Translations under genes and position numbers: made by a program
Shown: positions 1-10,859 of the stretch, piece after piece
Position numbering within the stretch: position 1 is the first letter of the stretch
How the letters are laid out: every line of letters starts with the position of its first letter
Assembly: GCA_024280735.1 (NCBI GenBank)
Contig: JAJRPO010000070.1
Location: 20,759 to 84,758, forward strand
Reading direction: 5' to 3'
DNA length: 64,000 nucleotides
From: Alphaproteobacteria bacterium
GTDB lineage: Bacteria > Pseudomonadota > Alphaproteobacteria > Rhodobacterales > Rhodobacteraceae
Notes under the pieces: model-generated
Database searches by the model: none
The model's input: only the letters and a program-made list of their open reading frames with translations
What the model was told of the DNA's origin: nothing

Positions 1-61
1 AGAAGCCGCCGAGGGGATTGGCGCTTTCTTTGACAAACGCAAGGCGGCTTGGAACTCCTAG
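1..61 (+). CDS. 3' end of enoyl-CoA hydratase/crotonase family protein (partial)
   Basis: Frame from position 2 reads EAAEGIGAFFDKRKAAWNS*, the typical crotonase C-terminal EG..AF..KR motif; TAG at 59-61. Confidence 0.75.
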   Translation, partial: EAAEGIGAFFDKRKAAWNS

Positions 62-399
62 CGCGGAAGAATGAATTCTAGAATGGTTTGGGATAGACCG
101 ATGCCCGTGGGGCCTTTAACGCGCCGTCGATTTGGTCTAGGCGACGCGGAATTGTCGGCTTTCGATCCCCGAAACCGGGGCAGCTTGTGTGCCATCCAGC
201 GACCGTTTCCAAAAGCGCCAAGTAAAACGACGATCAAGGGCCGCGCCCCTTTACAGTGATATTTCTAGAGTCCGCATTTGCAGCGGTGCCAAACGCGCAT
301 AGGAGCCACAGAATGCACAGCCGTCTAATCATTTTGTTGGTCCAATGCGTTTGCACCGCTGATCTGGCGGAACGGGCCGATTAACTTGTTGCTTAAGGG

Positions 400-414
400 G
401 CCGCGAAAGGTCGC
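400..414 (+). promoter_or_regulatory. possible RegA/PrrA-type box upstream of the nuo promoter
   Basis: GCCGC-GAAAG-GTCGC, one mismatch to GCGGC-N5-GTCGC, just upstream of the putative -35; GC-rich motif, so a chance match is possible. Confidence 0.3.
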
Positions 415-420
415 TTACGC

Positions 421-449
421 TTGACCCCACTTACACGCGGTAATAATGT
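421..449 (+). promoter_or_regulatory. putative sigma70 promoter of the nuo operon
   Basis: TTGACC (421-426)-N17-TAATGT (444-449), about 80 nt upstream of nuoA. Confidence 0.5.
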
Positions 450-530
450 CGCAGACGCAGGCAACCTGTTGCCCGCCAGCCTGAGGCCCATTCATTCAGA
501 AATAGGCCCATAAGCACGAAGGAGAGAGCG

Positions 531-896
531 TTGGACGCCTTATTACGTGAGTATTTACCGATCCTTATCCTCCTTGCGATTGCCACAGCCCTCGGGGTTG
601 TACTGATTCTCGCCGCTGTTGTTCTGGCGGTGCGAAATCCAGATGCGGAAAAGACATCTGCTTATGAGTGCGGCTTTAACGCTTTTGACGATGCGCGGAT
701 GAAATTTGATGTGCGGTTTTATCTGGTCGCCATCCTGTTCATTATTTTCGATCTGGAGGTTGCGTTTCTGTTCCCTTGGGCCGTCAGCCTGAAAACAATG
801 GGCGCGCTGGGCTTTTGGTCTATGATTGTATTTTTGGGCGTCCTGACCATCGGATTTGCCTATGAGTGGAAGAAAGGGGCACTGGAATGGGAGTGA
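531..896 (+). CDS. nuoA: NADH-quinone oxidoreductase subunit A
   Basis: YECGF and [11 protein letters not shown] motifs; TTG start after GGAGAG. Confidence 0.97.
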   Translation: MDALLREYLPILILLAIATALGVVLILAAVVLAVRNPDAEKTSAYECGFNAFDDARMKFDVRFYLVAILFIIFDLEVAFLFPWAVSLKTMGALGFWSMIVFLGVLTIGFAYEWKKGALEWE

Positions 897-1420
897 TGAC
901 TTCTGCCAATACCGCGGGTGCTGATCTGGAATTCACCACCCGCGCGTTGAATGCCGATCTGGCCGACAAAGGTTTCGTTGTCACCTCTATGGAGGACGTG
1001 GTCAATTGGGCACGGACCGGCAGCCTGCACTGGATGACCTTTGGTCTGGCGTGCTGCGCGGTTGAGATGATGCATTGCGCCATGCCGCGTTATGATATGG
1101 AGCGTTTTGGCACTGCACCGCGGGCCTCCCCGCGTCAATCCGATTTGATGATTGTTGCGGGAACCCTGACCAATAAAATGGCACCGGCGCTGCGCAAGGT
1201 TTATGACCAGATGCCAGAGCCGCGTTATGTGATTTCGATGGGGTCTTGTGCCAATGGCGGGGGATATTACCACTATTCCTATTCCGTGGTTCGGGGCTGT
1301 GACCGGATTGTTCCGGTTGATGTTTATGTTCCGGGCTGCCCGCCCTCGGCAGAGGCATTGCTTTACGGCATCCTGCAACTGCAACGCAAAATTCGCCGTA
1401 CCGGCACGATTGTAAGGTAG
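887..1420 (+). CDS. nuoB: NADH-quinone oxidoreductase subunit B
   Basis: [19 protein letters not shown] and VPGCPP motifs. Confidence 0.97.
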   Translation: MGVMTSANTAGADLEFTTRALNADLADKGFVVTSMEDVVNWARTGSLHWMTFGLACCAVEMMHCAMPRYDMERFGTAPRASPRQSDLMIVAGTLTNKMAPALRKVYDQMPEPRYVISMGSCANGGGYYHYSYSVVRGCDRIVPVDVYVPGCPPSAEALLYGILQLQRKIRRTGTIVR

Positions 1421-1425
1421 GTCCC

Positions 1426-2037
1426 ATGACAGCTGCACTTCAGGAACTGGGTGAAAAACTGACCGAAGGCAATTCGCAAGATGTGTTGTCGGTCGAGGTA
1501 AGCTCGATTGGCGAATTGACGGTGTTTGTTTCTTCCGCCTCCCTGCCACGTTTCATTGAATGCCTTAAGACGGATCGCGAATGCCGCTTTTCGACTTTGG
1601 TGGATATCACCGCCGTGGATTACCCCGAGCGCGACAAGCGGTTCGAGATGGTTTACCATTTCTTGTCGATGTACAGCAATCAACGTATTCGGGTAAAAGC
1701 CAACGTTCGCGAAGATGAGCAGGTGCCGACAATCACCCACATCCATCCCTCGGCCAACTGGTTTGAGCGGGAAGTATTTGACATGTACGGCATTCCCTTT
1801 GCCGGCCATCCTGATCTGCGCCGCATTCTGACGGATTACGGTTTTCAGGGGCATCCTTTGCGCAAAGACTTCCCAACCACGGGTTACGTCGAGGTGCGCT
1901 ATTGTGAGGTTGAGAAGCGGGTGATTTATGAACCGGTTTCCTTGGTTCAGGAATACCGCCAGTTCGATTTCATGTCCCCGTGGGAAGGTGCGGAATACAT
2001 CCTGCCGGGTGATGACAAAGCGGAGGCGGCCAAGTGA
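1426..2037 (+). CDS. nuoC: NADH-quinone oxidoreductase subunit C
   Basis: [20 protein letters not shown] and GHPLRKDFP motifs. Confidence 0.97.
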   Translation: MTAALQELGEKLTEGNSQDVLSVEVSSIGELTVFVSSASLPRFIECLKTDRECRFSTLVDITAVDYPERDKRFEMVYHFLSMYSNQRIRVKANVREDEQVPTITHIHPSANWFEREVFDMYGIPFAGHPDLRRILTDYGFQGHPLRKDFPTTGYVEVRYCEVEKRVIYEPVSLVQEYRQFDFMSPWEGAEYILPGDDKAEAAK

Positions 2038-2219
2038 TCACGCTTATCTTTTGGTATTTGCTGTCCGCCGTGATTCTGATTGCACCGTTTTACAAACTGC
2101 TGCCAGCGGCGGGGTATAGTAAATATCTGGCCTTTGGTGCGCTGATCTTGCCTGCGGGCGCGGTGATTTTACTGTGGCTGCTGGCTTATGGCGATAAATT
2201 GAAAGGGGCGAAAGCATGA
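2034..2219 (+). CDS. small 2-TM membrane protein (nuo accessory)
   Basis: 61 aa, hydrophobic; GTGA overlap with nuoC stop; [10 protein letters not shown] motif paralogous to the next ORF. Confidence 0.75.
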   Translation: MITLIFWYLLSAVILIAPFYKLLPAAGYSKYLAFGALILPAGAVILLWLLAYGDKLKGAKA

Positions 2220-2410
2220 TGAACCTTGGCTATGGCATGGGTGGTGGCGGCATTATTTGGCTTTTGGTCATGGCAGCCTTGCTGATTGTTCCTTTTTGGC
2301 GGATTTTACCCCGCAACGGCATTCCATCCTGGGTGGCGCTGTTTGCTGTTATTCCCATAGTGGCGCTGGTTCTTTTGTGGATTGTGGCCTTCAAGGAGGA
2401 CTCTAAATGA
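2216..2410 (+). CDS. small 2-TM membrane protein (nuo accessory)
   Basis: 64 aa; ATGA overlap; PFWRILPRNG motif. Confidence 0.8.
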   Translation: MMNLGYGMGGGGIIWLLVMAALLIVPFWRILPRNGIPSWVALFAVIPIVALVLLWIVAFKEDSK

Positions 2411-2517
2411 CTTTTGCAACCGGAATTTTACTTGGGGCAACCTTGCTGAGCGCGGCTCTTGCGGCCTTGGCGGCGCGTGCCAAGCGGGCCAAAGTTGCTG
2501 TGAAAGGGCGTAAATAA
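2407..2517 (+). CDS. 36-aa single-TM microprotein with basic tail (absent from the ORF track)
   Basis: [36 protein letters not shown]; AAGGAGG RBS upstream; ATGA overlap with the previous stop and TAATG overlap with nuoD start. Confidence 0.7.
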   Translation: MTFATGILLGATLLSAALAALAARAKRAKVAVKGRK

Positions 2518-3728
2518 TGGACGGTTCCTTTAAAGACGCCAGCACGGACGAGCAGAAAATCCGCAATTTCAACCTGAATTTTGGCCCCCAGCATCCGGCG
2601 GCCCACGGGGTTCTGCGCTTGATACTGGAGTTGGACGGCGAGATCGTGGAGCGTTGCGATCCTCATATCGGCCTGCTGCACCGCGGCACCGAAAAACTGA
2701 TGGAGAGCCGGACTTACCTGCAAAATCTGCCGTATTTTGACCGGCTGGATTATGTGGCGCCGATGAACCAGGAACATGCTTGGTGTTTGGCGATTGAACA
2801 GCTGACAGGCACCGAAGTGCCGCGTCGCGCCAGCCTGATCCGCGTATTGTTTTCCGAAATTGGCCGCATCCTCAGCCATCTGCTGAATGTCACCACGCAA
2901 GCCATGGATGTGGGCGCGCTGACGCCACCGCTCTGGGGATTTGAGGAACGCGAAAAGCTGATGGTGTTTTACGAGCGCGCTTCTGGTGCCCGTCTGCACG
3001 CCGCCTATTTCCGCCCCGGCGGGGTTCATCAGGACCTGCCGCAGGCCTTGCTCGATGACATCATGACTTGGACGGATGAATTCCCCGAGATTTTGGGTGA
3101 CATCGACGGGTTGTTGACCGAAAACCGTGTGTTCAAACAGCGCAACGTGGATATTTGTGTCGTATCAGAGCAAGAGGCCCTCGATTGGGGTTTCAGCGGC
3201 GTGATGGTGCGCGGTTCCGGCATGGCTTGGGATTTGCGCCGCGCGCAGCCTTATGAATGTTACAACGAGTTTGATTTCGAGATTCCGGTCGGCAAGAATG
3301 GCGATTGTTTTGATCGCTATTTGTGCCGCATGCAGGAAATGCGCGAAAGCCTGAAAATCATCCGCCAAGCGATTGAGAAGATGAATGCCGAGGGGCCAGG
3401 CGATGTGCTGGCGCGCGGTAAAATTACCCCGCCTAAACGTGGCGATATGAAAACTTCGATGGAAGCACTGATCCATCATTTCAAACTGTATACCGAGGGT
3501 TTCCACGTCCCCGCTGGCGAAATTTACGCCAATATCGAAGCGCCGAAGGGCGAGTTCGGGGTGTATCTGGTGTCGGATGGGTCGAACAAACCCTACAAAG
3601 TCAAAATTCGCGCACCGGGGTTCTTGCATTTGGCTGCAATGGATCACCTGTCGCGTGGTCACCAACTCGCGGATGTTGCGGCGATCATTGGCTCGCTGGA
3701 TGTTGTGTTCGGGGAGATTGATCGGTGA
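2517..3728 (+). CDS. nuoD: NADH-quinone oxidoreductase subunit D
   Basis: [20 protein letters not shown] and DVVFGEIDR motifs. Confidence 0.98.
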   Translation: MDGSFKDASTDEQKIRNFNLNFGPQHPAAHGVLRLILELDGEIVERCDPHIGLLHRGTEKLMESRTYLQNLPYFDRLDYVAPMNQEHAWCLAIEQLTGTEVPRRASLIRVLFSEIGRILSHLLNVTTQAMDVGALTPPLWGFEEREKLMVFYERASGARLHAAYFRPGGVHQDLPQALLDDIMTWTDEFPEILGDIDGLLTENRVFKQRNVDICVVSEQEALDWGFSGVMVRGSGMAWDLRRAQPYECYNEFDFEIPVGKNGDCFDRYLCRMQEMRESLKIIRQAIEKMNAEGPGDVLARGKITPPKRGDMKTSMEALIHHFKLYTEGFHVPAGEIYANIEAPKGEFGVYLVSDGSNKPYKVKIRAPGFLHLAAMDHLSRGHQLADVAAIIGSLDVVFGEIDR

Positions 3729-3778
3729 TATCCGCTCTGAAATTACAACCCGCCGAAACAGGCTTGAGGTTCTATTAA
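3725..3778 (+). other. 17-codon bridging mini-ORF between nuoD and nuoE
   Basis: GTG overlapping the nuoD TGA, GGGGAG 8 nt upstream; [17 protein letters not shown]; TAA directly abuts the nuoE ATG. Confidence 0.35.
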
Positions 3779-4864
3779 ATGCTACGTCGTCTACACCACA
3801 TCCAACCCGAAACATTCGCCTTTACCCCTGCCAATCTGGCCTGGGCCAAGGGGCAAATTAGCAAATTCCCCGAGGGCCGTCAGGCCAGCGCTGTGATTCC
3901 GATATTATGGCGCGCGCAGGAGCAAGAGGGCTGGGTTACGCAACCCGCGCTGGAGCATATCGCCGACATGCTGGGCATGGCTTATATTCGTGTTTTGGAA
4001 GTGGCGACTTTCTACTTTATGTTCCAACTGCAACCCGTTGGTTCTGTTGCGCATATTCAAGTTTGCGGCACCTTGTCCTGCATGATTTGCGGCGCGGAAG
4101 ACCTGATCGGGATTTGCAAGGATCGGATTGCAGACCACGCCCATGATATTTCTGCGGATGGCAAGTTTAGCTGGGAAGAAGTCGAATGCTTGGGGGCCTG
4201 CACAAACGCGCCTATGGTTCAGATTGGCAAAGATTTCTATGAGGATCTGAGCGCCGAGACATTCAACAAAATTCTAGATGAGTTGTCGGCGGGCAATGTG
4301 CCCACGCCCGGCCCGCAAAATGGCCGCTATTCTTGTGAACCTTTGGGCGGCGCAATTGCCCTGTCCGAATATGAACCAGGAAAAACGCCGCTGAACGTAT
4401 CGGCCACCTTGGCGACAGAGATCGGCGACACGGTTAAGCGTATTGATGGCACCGAGGTGCCGTTGCTGACGCCTTGGCTGGAGTCTGCCAAAGCCAAGAA
4501 ACCTGCAAAAGTGGCGGCAAAGAAGCCTGCTGCTGAAAAACCAACAGCCCAAAAGGCTCAGGCCAAACCTGCCGAACCGCAAGCGGTTGTTGAAGTTGCT
4601 CCGGAAATCCTCAAGGCTGCGCGCAAGGGTGGGGCGGATGACCTCAAGCTGATCAAAGGCGTGGGGCCAAAGCTTGAAGGCGTATTGAATGATTTAGGTT
4701 TTTACCACTTTGACCAGATTGAAAAGTGGACAGATGAACAGATCGCATGGGTAGACAGTAGACTTCAGTTCAAAGGTAGAATCGAGCGGGATGATTGGAC
4801 CGGACAGGCCAAAATTCTTGCCCAAGGGGGCGAGACTGCTTTTTCCGAAAAGGCCAATAAATAG
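3779..4864 (+). CDS. nuoE: NADH-quinone oxidoreductase subunit E with C-terminal K/A/P linker and HhH-like extension
   Basis: CGTLSC...CLGAC 2Fe-2S motif; C-terminal [14 protein letters not shown] domain. Confidence 0.96.
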   Translation: MLRRLHHIQPETFAFTPANLAWAKGQISKFPEGRQASAVIPILWRAQEQEGWVTQPALEHIADMLGMAYIRVLEVATFYFMFQLQPVGSVAHIQVCGTLSCMICGAEDLIGICKDRIADHAHDISADGKFSWEEVECLGACTNAPMVQIGKDFYEDLSAETFNKILDELSAGNVPTPGPQNGRYSCEPLGGAIALSEYEPGKTPLNVSATLATEIGDTVKRIDGTEVPLLTPWLESAKAKKPAKVAAKKPAAEKPTAQKAQAKPAEPQAVVEVAPEILKAARKGGADDLKLIKGVGPKLEGVLNDLGFYHFDQIEKWTDEQIAWVDSRLQFKGRIERDDWTGQAKILAQGGETAFSEKANK

Positions 4865-4896
4865 GCTGGGTGTTAAGGCACTAACAAGGGAGACGA

Positions 4897-5838
4897 ATGA
4901 TGGGAAATGGAAATAAAGGGTCGTTAGGGGCCTCGTGCTCAGCAATTTGCTGGCTTGTCGCAGTTCTGTTTGGGTTGCTGGTGGTGGCGATCCTGATCAC
5001 TTGGGCCAATTGGCCGTGGATGATTGTTTTGGTTATCGGCTTGATTGCAGTTGTTGCTGCGGGATGGGTGTTGCCAACGTATTTCTGCCAAGAGCTGGAC
5101 GGCAGCGACACGGATGGTCAAAGTTCAGCCGAAGCCGCCGCCCTGTCGGGCGCAGCAATAGCAGATATTCCGCCAGCTGAAACCTTGGCGGAAACAGAAA
5201 TGGAAATCGCCGCAAATGATACGGCACCGGACGCTGGAGCGCATGGGATTATATCCGAGGTTGCGGATGCATCTGTTAAAGCAGAGGAGCCAGAAACTGC
5301 GGCATCAAGTGAAGACGCAGTTTCCCCCCAAGGCAAAGGCGGCGGTAGAGGTGCTGGCAAGGGTAAAGGTGGCGGCAAGGGCAAAGGGCAAGGCAGAGGT
5401 AATGGCCCCGGCAAAGGTAAGGGGCCCGGCCAAGGCAAAGGTAATGGCAAAGGCGGCGGTAAAGGTAAGTCTTCGCCCGTTGATGCGCCCGCAGAAGTTG
5501 CTGCACCTGTTGCAGCAGAGCCTGTAGCACCGACGCCAGCAGCAGCGCCGAAAGCGGATGGCAAACCTGCGTTATTTGCCTCGGCCCCAGACAGCCCTGA
5601 CGATCTGAAAATGATCAAAGGCGTTGGCCCAGCGTTAGAGAAAACCCTGAATGACTTGGGGATTTATACCTTCGCGCAGATCGTGGTTTGGACGCCGGAT
5701 GATGTGGCGTGGGTTGATGGTCATTTGCGGTTCAAAGGCCGCATTGAGCGTGACGATTGGATGTCACAAGCAAAAATACTTGGGAAAGGCGGCGAGACCG
5801 CGTTTTCCAAAAAAGTAGAGGATGGCGACGTTTACTAA
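4897..5838 (+). CDS. membrane-anchored nuo accessory protein with Gly/Lys tract and C-terminal HhH-like domain paralogous to the NuoE tail
   Basis: Two N-terminal TM helices, acidic linker, GK repeat, DDLKMIKGVGPALE...KGRIERDDW. Confidence 0.85.
   Translation: MMGNGNKGSLGASCSAICWLVAVLFGLLVVAILITWANWPWMIVLVIGLIAVVAAGWVLPTYFCQELDGSDTDGQSSAEAAALSGAAIADIPPAETLAETEMEIAANDTAPDAGAHGIISEVADASVKAEEPETAASSEDAVSPQGKGGGRGAGKGKGGGKGKGQGRGNGPGKGKGPGQGKGNGKGGGKGKSSPVDAPAEVAAPVAAEPVAPTPAAAPKADGKPALFASAPDSPDDLKMIKGVGPALEKTLNDLGIYTFAQIVVWTPDDVAWVDGHLRFKGRIERDDWMSQAKILGKGGETAFSKKVEDGDVY
5332..5469 (+). repeat. low-complexity Gly/Lys coding repeat
   Basis: ggcaaaggt-like units encoding GKGGGRGAGKGKGGGKGKGQGRGNGPGKGKGPGQGKGNGKGGGKGK. 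Confidence 0.9.
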
Positions 5839-5862
5839 CGCCGTTTTAAGAAAGGAATACAA

Positions 5863-6084
5863 TTGGCCCAGCAAACACCCGCAGCGCGCAAACAGGCGAG
5901 GATCGCGTCCATCGTGATCGCCGCTACGATTGTGCTGTGGATGGGGGCCAATTGGGTTGGCGGGCAAATCGGCCTACCGATCAAATATGCATTCCTGTTC
6001 GATTTCGTGGCTATGGCCGCTTTCGGATGGGCGTTAATTGTGTTGTTTGGTGTCTGGCGTGATGGCCAGCAGACTAAGGATTAG
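5863..6084 (+). CDS. small membrane protein, DUF5337-like (nuo accessory)
   Basis: 73 aa, 2 TM, YAFLFDF motif; position directly before nuoF. Confidence 0.75.
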   Translation: MAQQTPAARKQARIASIVIAATIVLWMGANWVGGQIGLPIKYAFLFDFVAMAAFGWALIVLFGVWRDGQQTKD

Positions 6085-6087
6085 AAG

Positions 6088-7377
6088 ATGCTCGCGGACG
6101 AGAACCGGATTTTTACCAATATTTACGGCATGCATGAGCGTACCCTTGCGGGTGCCAAAAAGCGTGGCCATTGGGATGGCACCGCCGCGATCATTAAGAA
6201 GGGTCGCGACTGGGTTGTTTCCGAAATGAAAGAATCCGGCCTGCGCGGGCGCGGCGGGGCAGGGTTCCCGACCGGCCTTAAATGGTCGTTTATGCCAAAA
6301 GAAAGCGACGGGCGTCCGGCGTACCTCGTGATTAATGCCGACGAGTCTGAGCCGGGCACCTGCAAAGACCGCGAGATCATGCGCAATGACCCCCATACCT
6401 TGATCGAGGGCGCGCTGATCGCCAGCTTTGCGATGAATGCCAACACCAGCTACATCTATATTCGCGGCGAGTTCATTCGCGAACGGGAAGCCTTGCAAGC
6501 GGCGATTGATGAGTGTTATGCGGCGGGCCTGCTGGGCAAAAACGCCGCCAAATCCGGTTGGGATTTTGACTTGTTTCTGTCGCACGGGGCAGGGGCGTAT
6601 ATTTGCGGCGAAGAAACAGCCTTGCTGGAATCGCTAGAAGGCAAAAAAGGCATGCCGCGGATGAAGCCGCCGTTTCCGGCGGGCGCTGGTCTGTACGGCT
6701 GCCCAACAACTGTGAACAATGTGGAAAGCATCGCCGTGGTGCCGACAATCCTGCGTCGCGGCGCGGGGTGGTTTTCCTCGATGGGCAATCCGAATAATGC
6801 CGGAACAAAGCTGTTCGCCATTTCCGGCCATGTCAATCGCCCCTGTGTGGTTGAGGAAGAAATGTCGATCCCCTTGCGTGAATTGCTAGAAAAACATTGC
6901 GGCGGCGTGCGTGGTGGCTGGGATAACCTCAAGGCAGTGATCCCCGGCGGCTCATCGGTGCAACTGCTGCCCCACACGGTGTGTGACGAAGCTATCATGG
7001 ATTTCGACTGGCTGCGTGGCCAGCAATCAGGCCTTGGTACGGCAGCCGTAATTGTGATGGATCAATCGGTTGATGTGATCAAGGCGATCTGGCGGCTGTC
7101 AGCGTTCTACAAACACGAAAGCTGTGGCCAATGCACCCCGTGCCGCGAAGGCACCGGCTGGATGATGCGGGTGATGGAACGTCTGGTTAAGGGCGAAGCA
7201 GAGCCGGAAGAAATCGACATGCTGTGGGATGTGACCAAGCAGGTTGAGGGTCATACGATTTGTGCGCTGGGGGATGCGGCTGCTTGGCCGATCCAAGGCC
7301 TGATCCGCCATTATCGCGGTGAAATTGAAGACCGGATTAAACATAAACGCAGCACGGCTGCCGTGGCTGCGGAGTAA
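6088..7377 (+). CDS. nuoF: NADH-quinone oxidoreductase subunit F
   Basis: [23 protein letters not shown] and [12 protein letters not shown] motifs. Confidence 0.98.
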   Translation: MLADENRIFTNIYGMHERTLAGAKKRGHWDGTAAIIKKGRDWVVSEMKESGLRGRGGAGFPTGLKWSFMPKESDGRPAYLVINADESEPGTCKDREIMRNDPHTLIEGALIASFAMNANTSYIYIRGEFIREREALQAAIDECYAAGLLGKNAAKSGWDFDLFLSHGAGAYICGEETALLESLEGKKGMPRMKPPFPAGAGLYGCPTTVNNVESIAVVPTILRRGAGWFSSMGNPNNAGTKLFAISGHVNRPCVVEEEMSIPLRELLEKHCGGVRGGWDNLKAVIPGGSSVQLLPHTVCDEAIMDFDWLRGQQSGLGTAAVIVMDQSVDVIKAIWRLSAFYKHESCGQCTPCREGTGWMMRVMERLVKGEAEPEEIDMLWDVTKQVEGHTICALGDAAAWPIQGLIRHYRGEIEDRIKHKRSTAAVAAE

Positions 7378-7381
7378 GCTC

Positions 7382-9400
7382 ATGTCCGACCTAAAAAAAG
7401 TAATCATCGACGACCAAGAGGTCGAAGTTGACGGCGCGATGACCATATTGCAGGCTTGTGAAGTGGCGGGCGTTGAAGTGCCGCGTTTTTGTTACCACGA
7501 GCGTCTGAGCATCGCCGGCAACTGCCGCATGTGTTTGGTAGAGGTTGTGGGCGGCCCGCCGAAACCGGCTGCCAGCTGTGCCATGCAGGTGCGTGATTTA
7601 CGTCCCGGGCCAGAAGGCCAAGCGCCGGTTGTTAAGACAAAATCACCGATGGTTAAGAAAGCCCGCGAGGGTGTGATGGAATTCCTGCTGATCAACCACC
7701 CGCTCGATTGCCCGATTTGCGATCAGGGCGGCGAGTGTGACTTGCAAGATCAGGCCATGGCTTACGGCGTTGATTTTTCCCGTTACCGTGAACCCAAACG
7801 GGCCTCGACCGAGTTGAACCTCGGCCCGCTGGTGGCCACCGAGATGACCCGCTGTATTAGTTGCACCCGTTGTGTGCGCTTTACCTCCGAGGTGGCTGGT
7901 ATTTTGCAGATGGGCCAAACGGGGCGTGGTGAGGATAGCGAGATTACCAGCTATCTGAACATGACGCTGGACAGTGAATTGCAAGGCAACATCATCGACC
8001 TGTGCCCCGTGGGCGCGCTGACCTCCAAGCCTTATGCGTTTAACGCGCGGCCTTGGGAGTTGAAAAAGACCGAGACCATCGACGTAATGGACGCCATGGG
8101 TTCCAGCATTCGGGTGGACACCAAAGGCCGCGAAGTGATGCGGATTGTGCCGCGCAACCATGACGACACCAACGAGGAATGGATTTCCGATAAATCCCGT
8201 TTTATCTGGGACGGTCTGCGTCGCCAGCGTTTGGATACGCCGTTTGTACGGGTGGACGGAAGGTTGAAGCCTGCCACTTGGGACGCAGCTTTTGCGGCGG
8301 TTGCTACGGCCAGCAAGGGCAAAAAGATTGCCGGTCTGGTTGGGGATCTGGTCTCAACCGAGGCCACATTTGCCTTGAAACAACTGGTTGAGAGCCTTGG
8401 CGGCACGGTTGAATGTCGCACGGACGGGGCGAAATTACCTGCGGGCAATCGCTCCGGTTATGTGGGCACCGCGACGATTGCGGATATTGATGACGCCAAG
8501 ATGATCCAGCTGATTGGCTGTAATCCCCGCGCGGAAATGCCCGTGCTGAACGCGCGGATGCGCCGTGCTTGGATCAATGGTTGTGACATCGGCATGATTG
8601 GCGAAGCAGTTGATCTGACCTATAAATATCACCACATGGGCAATGATCGCGCGGCTTTGGCCAGCGTATTGGATACTAAGTTTGAAAAGGTTCTTGAGGT
8701 TCCTTCCATTGTGATCGTCGGCCAAGGGGCCATTCGCGAGGCAGACGGGGCGGCAGTTTTGGCGGCTGCAATGGAGCTGGCCGAGAAAACCAATAGCAAA
8801 CTGATGATCCTGCACACCGCCGCCAGCCGTGTTGGCGCGATGGATCTGGGGGCGGTCACGACAGGCGGCAAAGATGCAGCCCTTGACGGTGCGGATGTGG
8901 TTTACAATCTGGGTGCCGATGAAATTGAAATTCAGGCAGGCCCGTTTGTGATCTATCAAGGCAGTCACGGGGATCGTGGTGCGCACCGCGCGGATGTGAT
9001 CTTGCCGGGCGCTGCCTATACCGAGGAAAGCGGCATTTTTGTCAATACCGAGGGTCGCCCGCAAATGGCGATGCGCGCGGGTTTTGCCCCCGGGGATGCA
9101 CGGGAAAACTGGGCTATCCTGCGGGCTTTGTCGGCAGAGTTGGGGCAGGCCTTGCCGTTTGACAGCCTGTCAGCCTTGCGGGCCGCAATGTTTGCCGCAG
9201 TGCCCCATTTGGCCGAAATGAATGCAGTGCCAAAAAACGCATGGCAGCCCGAGAAGACTGGCAAGCTGGGCAAAGCCAGCTTTGTGGGTGCGGTGACGGA
9301 TTTTTATCTGACCAATCCGATTGCACGGGCCTCGTCCGTGATGGGTGAGTTATCGCAAAATGCTGCCGAGCGGCGCAGTGAGACGGTGGCGGCAGAGTGA
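7382..9400 (+). CDS. nuoG: NADH-quinone oxidoreductase subunit G
   Basis: CYH...[30 protein letters not shown]; ATG 7382 after GGAG. Confidence 0.97.
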   Translation: MSDLKKVIIDDQEVEVDGAMTILQACEVAGVEVPRFCYHERLSIAGNCRMCLVEVVGGPPKPAASCAMQVRDLRPGPEGQAPVVKTKSPMVKKAREGVMEFLLINHPLDCPICDQGGECDLQDQAMAYGVDFSRYREPKRASTELNLGPLVATEMTRCISCTRCVRFTSEVAGILQMGQTGRGEDSEITSYLNMTLDSELQGNIIDLCPVGALTSKPYAFNARPWELKKTETIDVMDAMGSSIRVDTKGREVMRIVPRNHDDTNEEWISDKSRFIWDGLRRQRLDTPFVRVDGRLKPATWDAAFAAVATASKGKKIAGLVGDLVSTEATFALKQLVESLGGTVECRTDGAKLPAGNRSGYVGTATIADIDDAKMIQLIGCNPRAEMPVLNARMRRAWINGCDIGMIGEAVDLTYKYHHMGNDRAALASVLDTKFEKVLEVPSIVIVGQGAIREADGAAVLAAAMELAEKTNSKLMILHTAASRVGAMDLGAVTTGGKDAALDGADVVYNLGADEIEIQAGPFVIYQGSHGDRGAHRADVILPGAAYTEESGIFVNTEGRPQMAMRAGFAPGDARENWAILRALSAELGQALPFDSLSALRAAMFAAVPHLAEMNAVPKNAWQPEKTGKLGKASFVGAVTDFYLTNPIARASSVMGELSQNAAERRSETVAAE

Positions 9401-9792
9401 TCCGCCAAGCCTTCATATTTCCCCTATTGGCGCTGGCGGCTTGCGTTCCGCCAGAACCTGTTGACGTGTCAAAGCTGGATTTCAACCCAACTTACGGCGC
9501 GGTGAATACCCGTTTGCTAGCAGGCGAGCTGGTTTCGATTTCGGTGGTTATGCAAGGCGCGCGAAACAATGACGATGTGATCGCATTTAACGATTGCGCA
9601 GCGGCGCAATATGCGTTGATACGGGGCGCGGGATTTGTGCGCCGTGTGCGCAATGATGTGGACAAGAAAGGCCCCAACTGGCTGGGCGACGGGGTTTACA
9701 CCCTGTCAGACGCGCACCCGGGCGGGGTACATACAATAGATGCGGAAGTTGCGGCGGGTAATTGCTCTGCCAGTAACATCCCGATGGTGTAA
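9397..9792 (+). CDS. predicted lipoprotein (nuo accessory)
   Basis: LALAAC lipobox; [11 protein letters not shown] motif; GTGA overlap with nuoG. Confidence 0.8.
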   Translation: MIRQAFIFPLLALAACVPPEPVDVSKLDFNPTYGAVNTRLLAGELVSISVVMQGARNNDDVIAFNDCAAAQYALIRGAGFVRRVRNDVDKKGPNWLGDGVYTLSDAHPGGVHTIDAEVAAGNCSASNIPMV

Positions 9793-9801
9793 GGACAGGT
9801 T

Positions 9802-10857
9802 ATGGAAGCATTTTTCGCAAGCAACTTCGGGATATTCCTGATTATCGTTGGGCAGGCCTTGCTGGTCGTGGCCTTCATGCTGGTCAGCGCGATGTTTCTG
9901 GTTTACGGGGATCGCAAAATCTGGGGCGCGGTGCAGATGCGGCGCGGCCCGAACGTGGTTGGCCCCTGGGGGCTGTTGCAGCTGATCGCCGATTTCCTGA
10001 AATACATTGTCAAAGAGGTGCTTATTCCTGCGGGGGCCGATAAGGCTGTGTTCCTGCTGGCCCCGTTGGTAGGGTTCATCTTGTCCCTGCTGGCTTGGGC
10101 GGTAATTCCGTTTTCAGGCCGCATGATCCTTGCCGACATCAACGTGGCGGTGCTGTTTATCTTTGCGGTGTCCTCGTTGGAAGTATACGGCGTGATTATG
10201 GGCGGTTGGGCGTCGAACTCCAAATATCCATTCTTGGGCGCGCTGCGCTCCGCCGCGCAGATGATTTCTTATGAGGTTTCCATCGGTTTCATCATCGTCG
10301 GCATCATCATCTCAACCGGTTCGTTGAGCCTCGTGGACATCGTGAACGCCCAAGACGGCTCCTATGGCTTTTTCAGCTGGTATTGGCTGCCGCATTTTCC
10401 GATGGTGTTCTTGTTCTTCATCTCGGCGTTGGCGGAAACCAACCGCCCACCGTTCGATTTGCCAGAGGCTGAATCGGAATTGGTGGCAGGCTACCAAGTG
10501 GAATATTCTTCTACCCCGTTCTTGCTGTACATGATCGGCGAATATTTCGCGATCTGGCTGATGTGTGCGCTAACCGTGCTGTTCTTCTTTGGCGGCTGGT
10601 TGTCCCCGTTTTCATTCCTGCCCGACAGCCCCTTGTGGATGGTTGGCAAAATGGCGTTCTTCTTCTTTATGTTCGCGATGGTTAAGGCGATCACCCCGCG
10701 TTACCGCTATGACCAATTGATGCGCATTGGCTGGAAGGTATTCCTGCCCCTGTCACTGGCATGGGTGGTGATCGTGGCGTCCTTAGCATTCTACGATGGA
10801 TATGACAAAAACCTCGGCGGCGCTTATGCCCGCTGGACTGTAGAAGGGGAGAAATAA
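9802..10857 (+). CDS. nuoH: NADH-quinone oxidoreductase subunit H
   Basis: [14 protein letters not shown] and [16 protein letters not shown] motifs. Confidence 0.98.
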   Translation: MEAFFASNFGIFLIIVGQALLVVAFMLVSAMFLVYGDRKIWGAVQMRRGPNVVGPWGLLQLIADFLKYIVKEVLIPAGADKAVFLLAPLVGFILSLLAWAVIPFSGRMILADINVAVLFIFAVSSLEVYGVIMGGWASNSKYPFLGALRSAAQMISYEVSIGFIIVGIIISTGSLSLVDIVNAQDGSYGFFSWYWLPHFPMVFLFFISALAETNRPPFDLPEAESELVAGYQVEYSSTPFLLYMIGEYFAIWLMCALTVLFFFGGWLSPFSFLPDSPLWMVGKMAFFFFMFAMVKAITPRYRYDQLMRIGWKVFLPLSLAWVVIVASLAFYDGYDKNLGGAYARWTVEGEK

Positions 10858-10859
10858 GC

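Noticed and set aside
71-259. 62-aa ORF upstream of nuoA
   Set aside because: No recognisable motif and no clear RBS; likely spurious
381-396. TTAA-N8-TTAA as a CtrA box
   Set aside because: Spacing is 8, not the canonical 7
5332-5469. Repeat tract as CRISPR or a mobile-element repeat
   Set aside because: Degenerate in-frame codon repeats with no spacers
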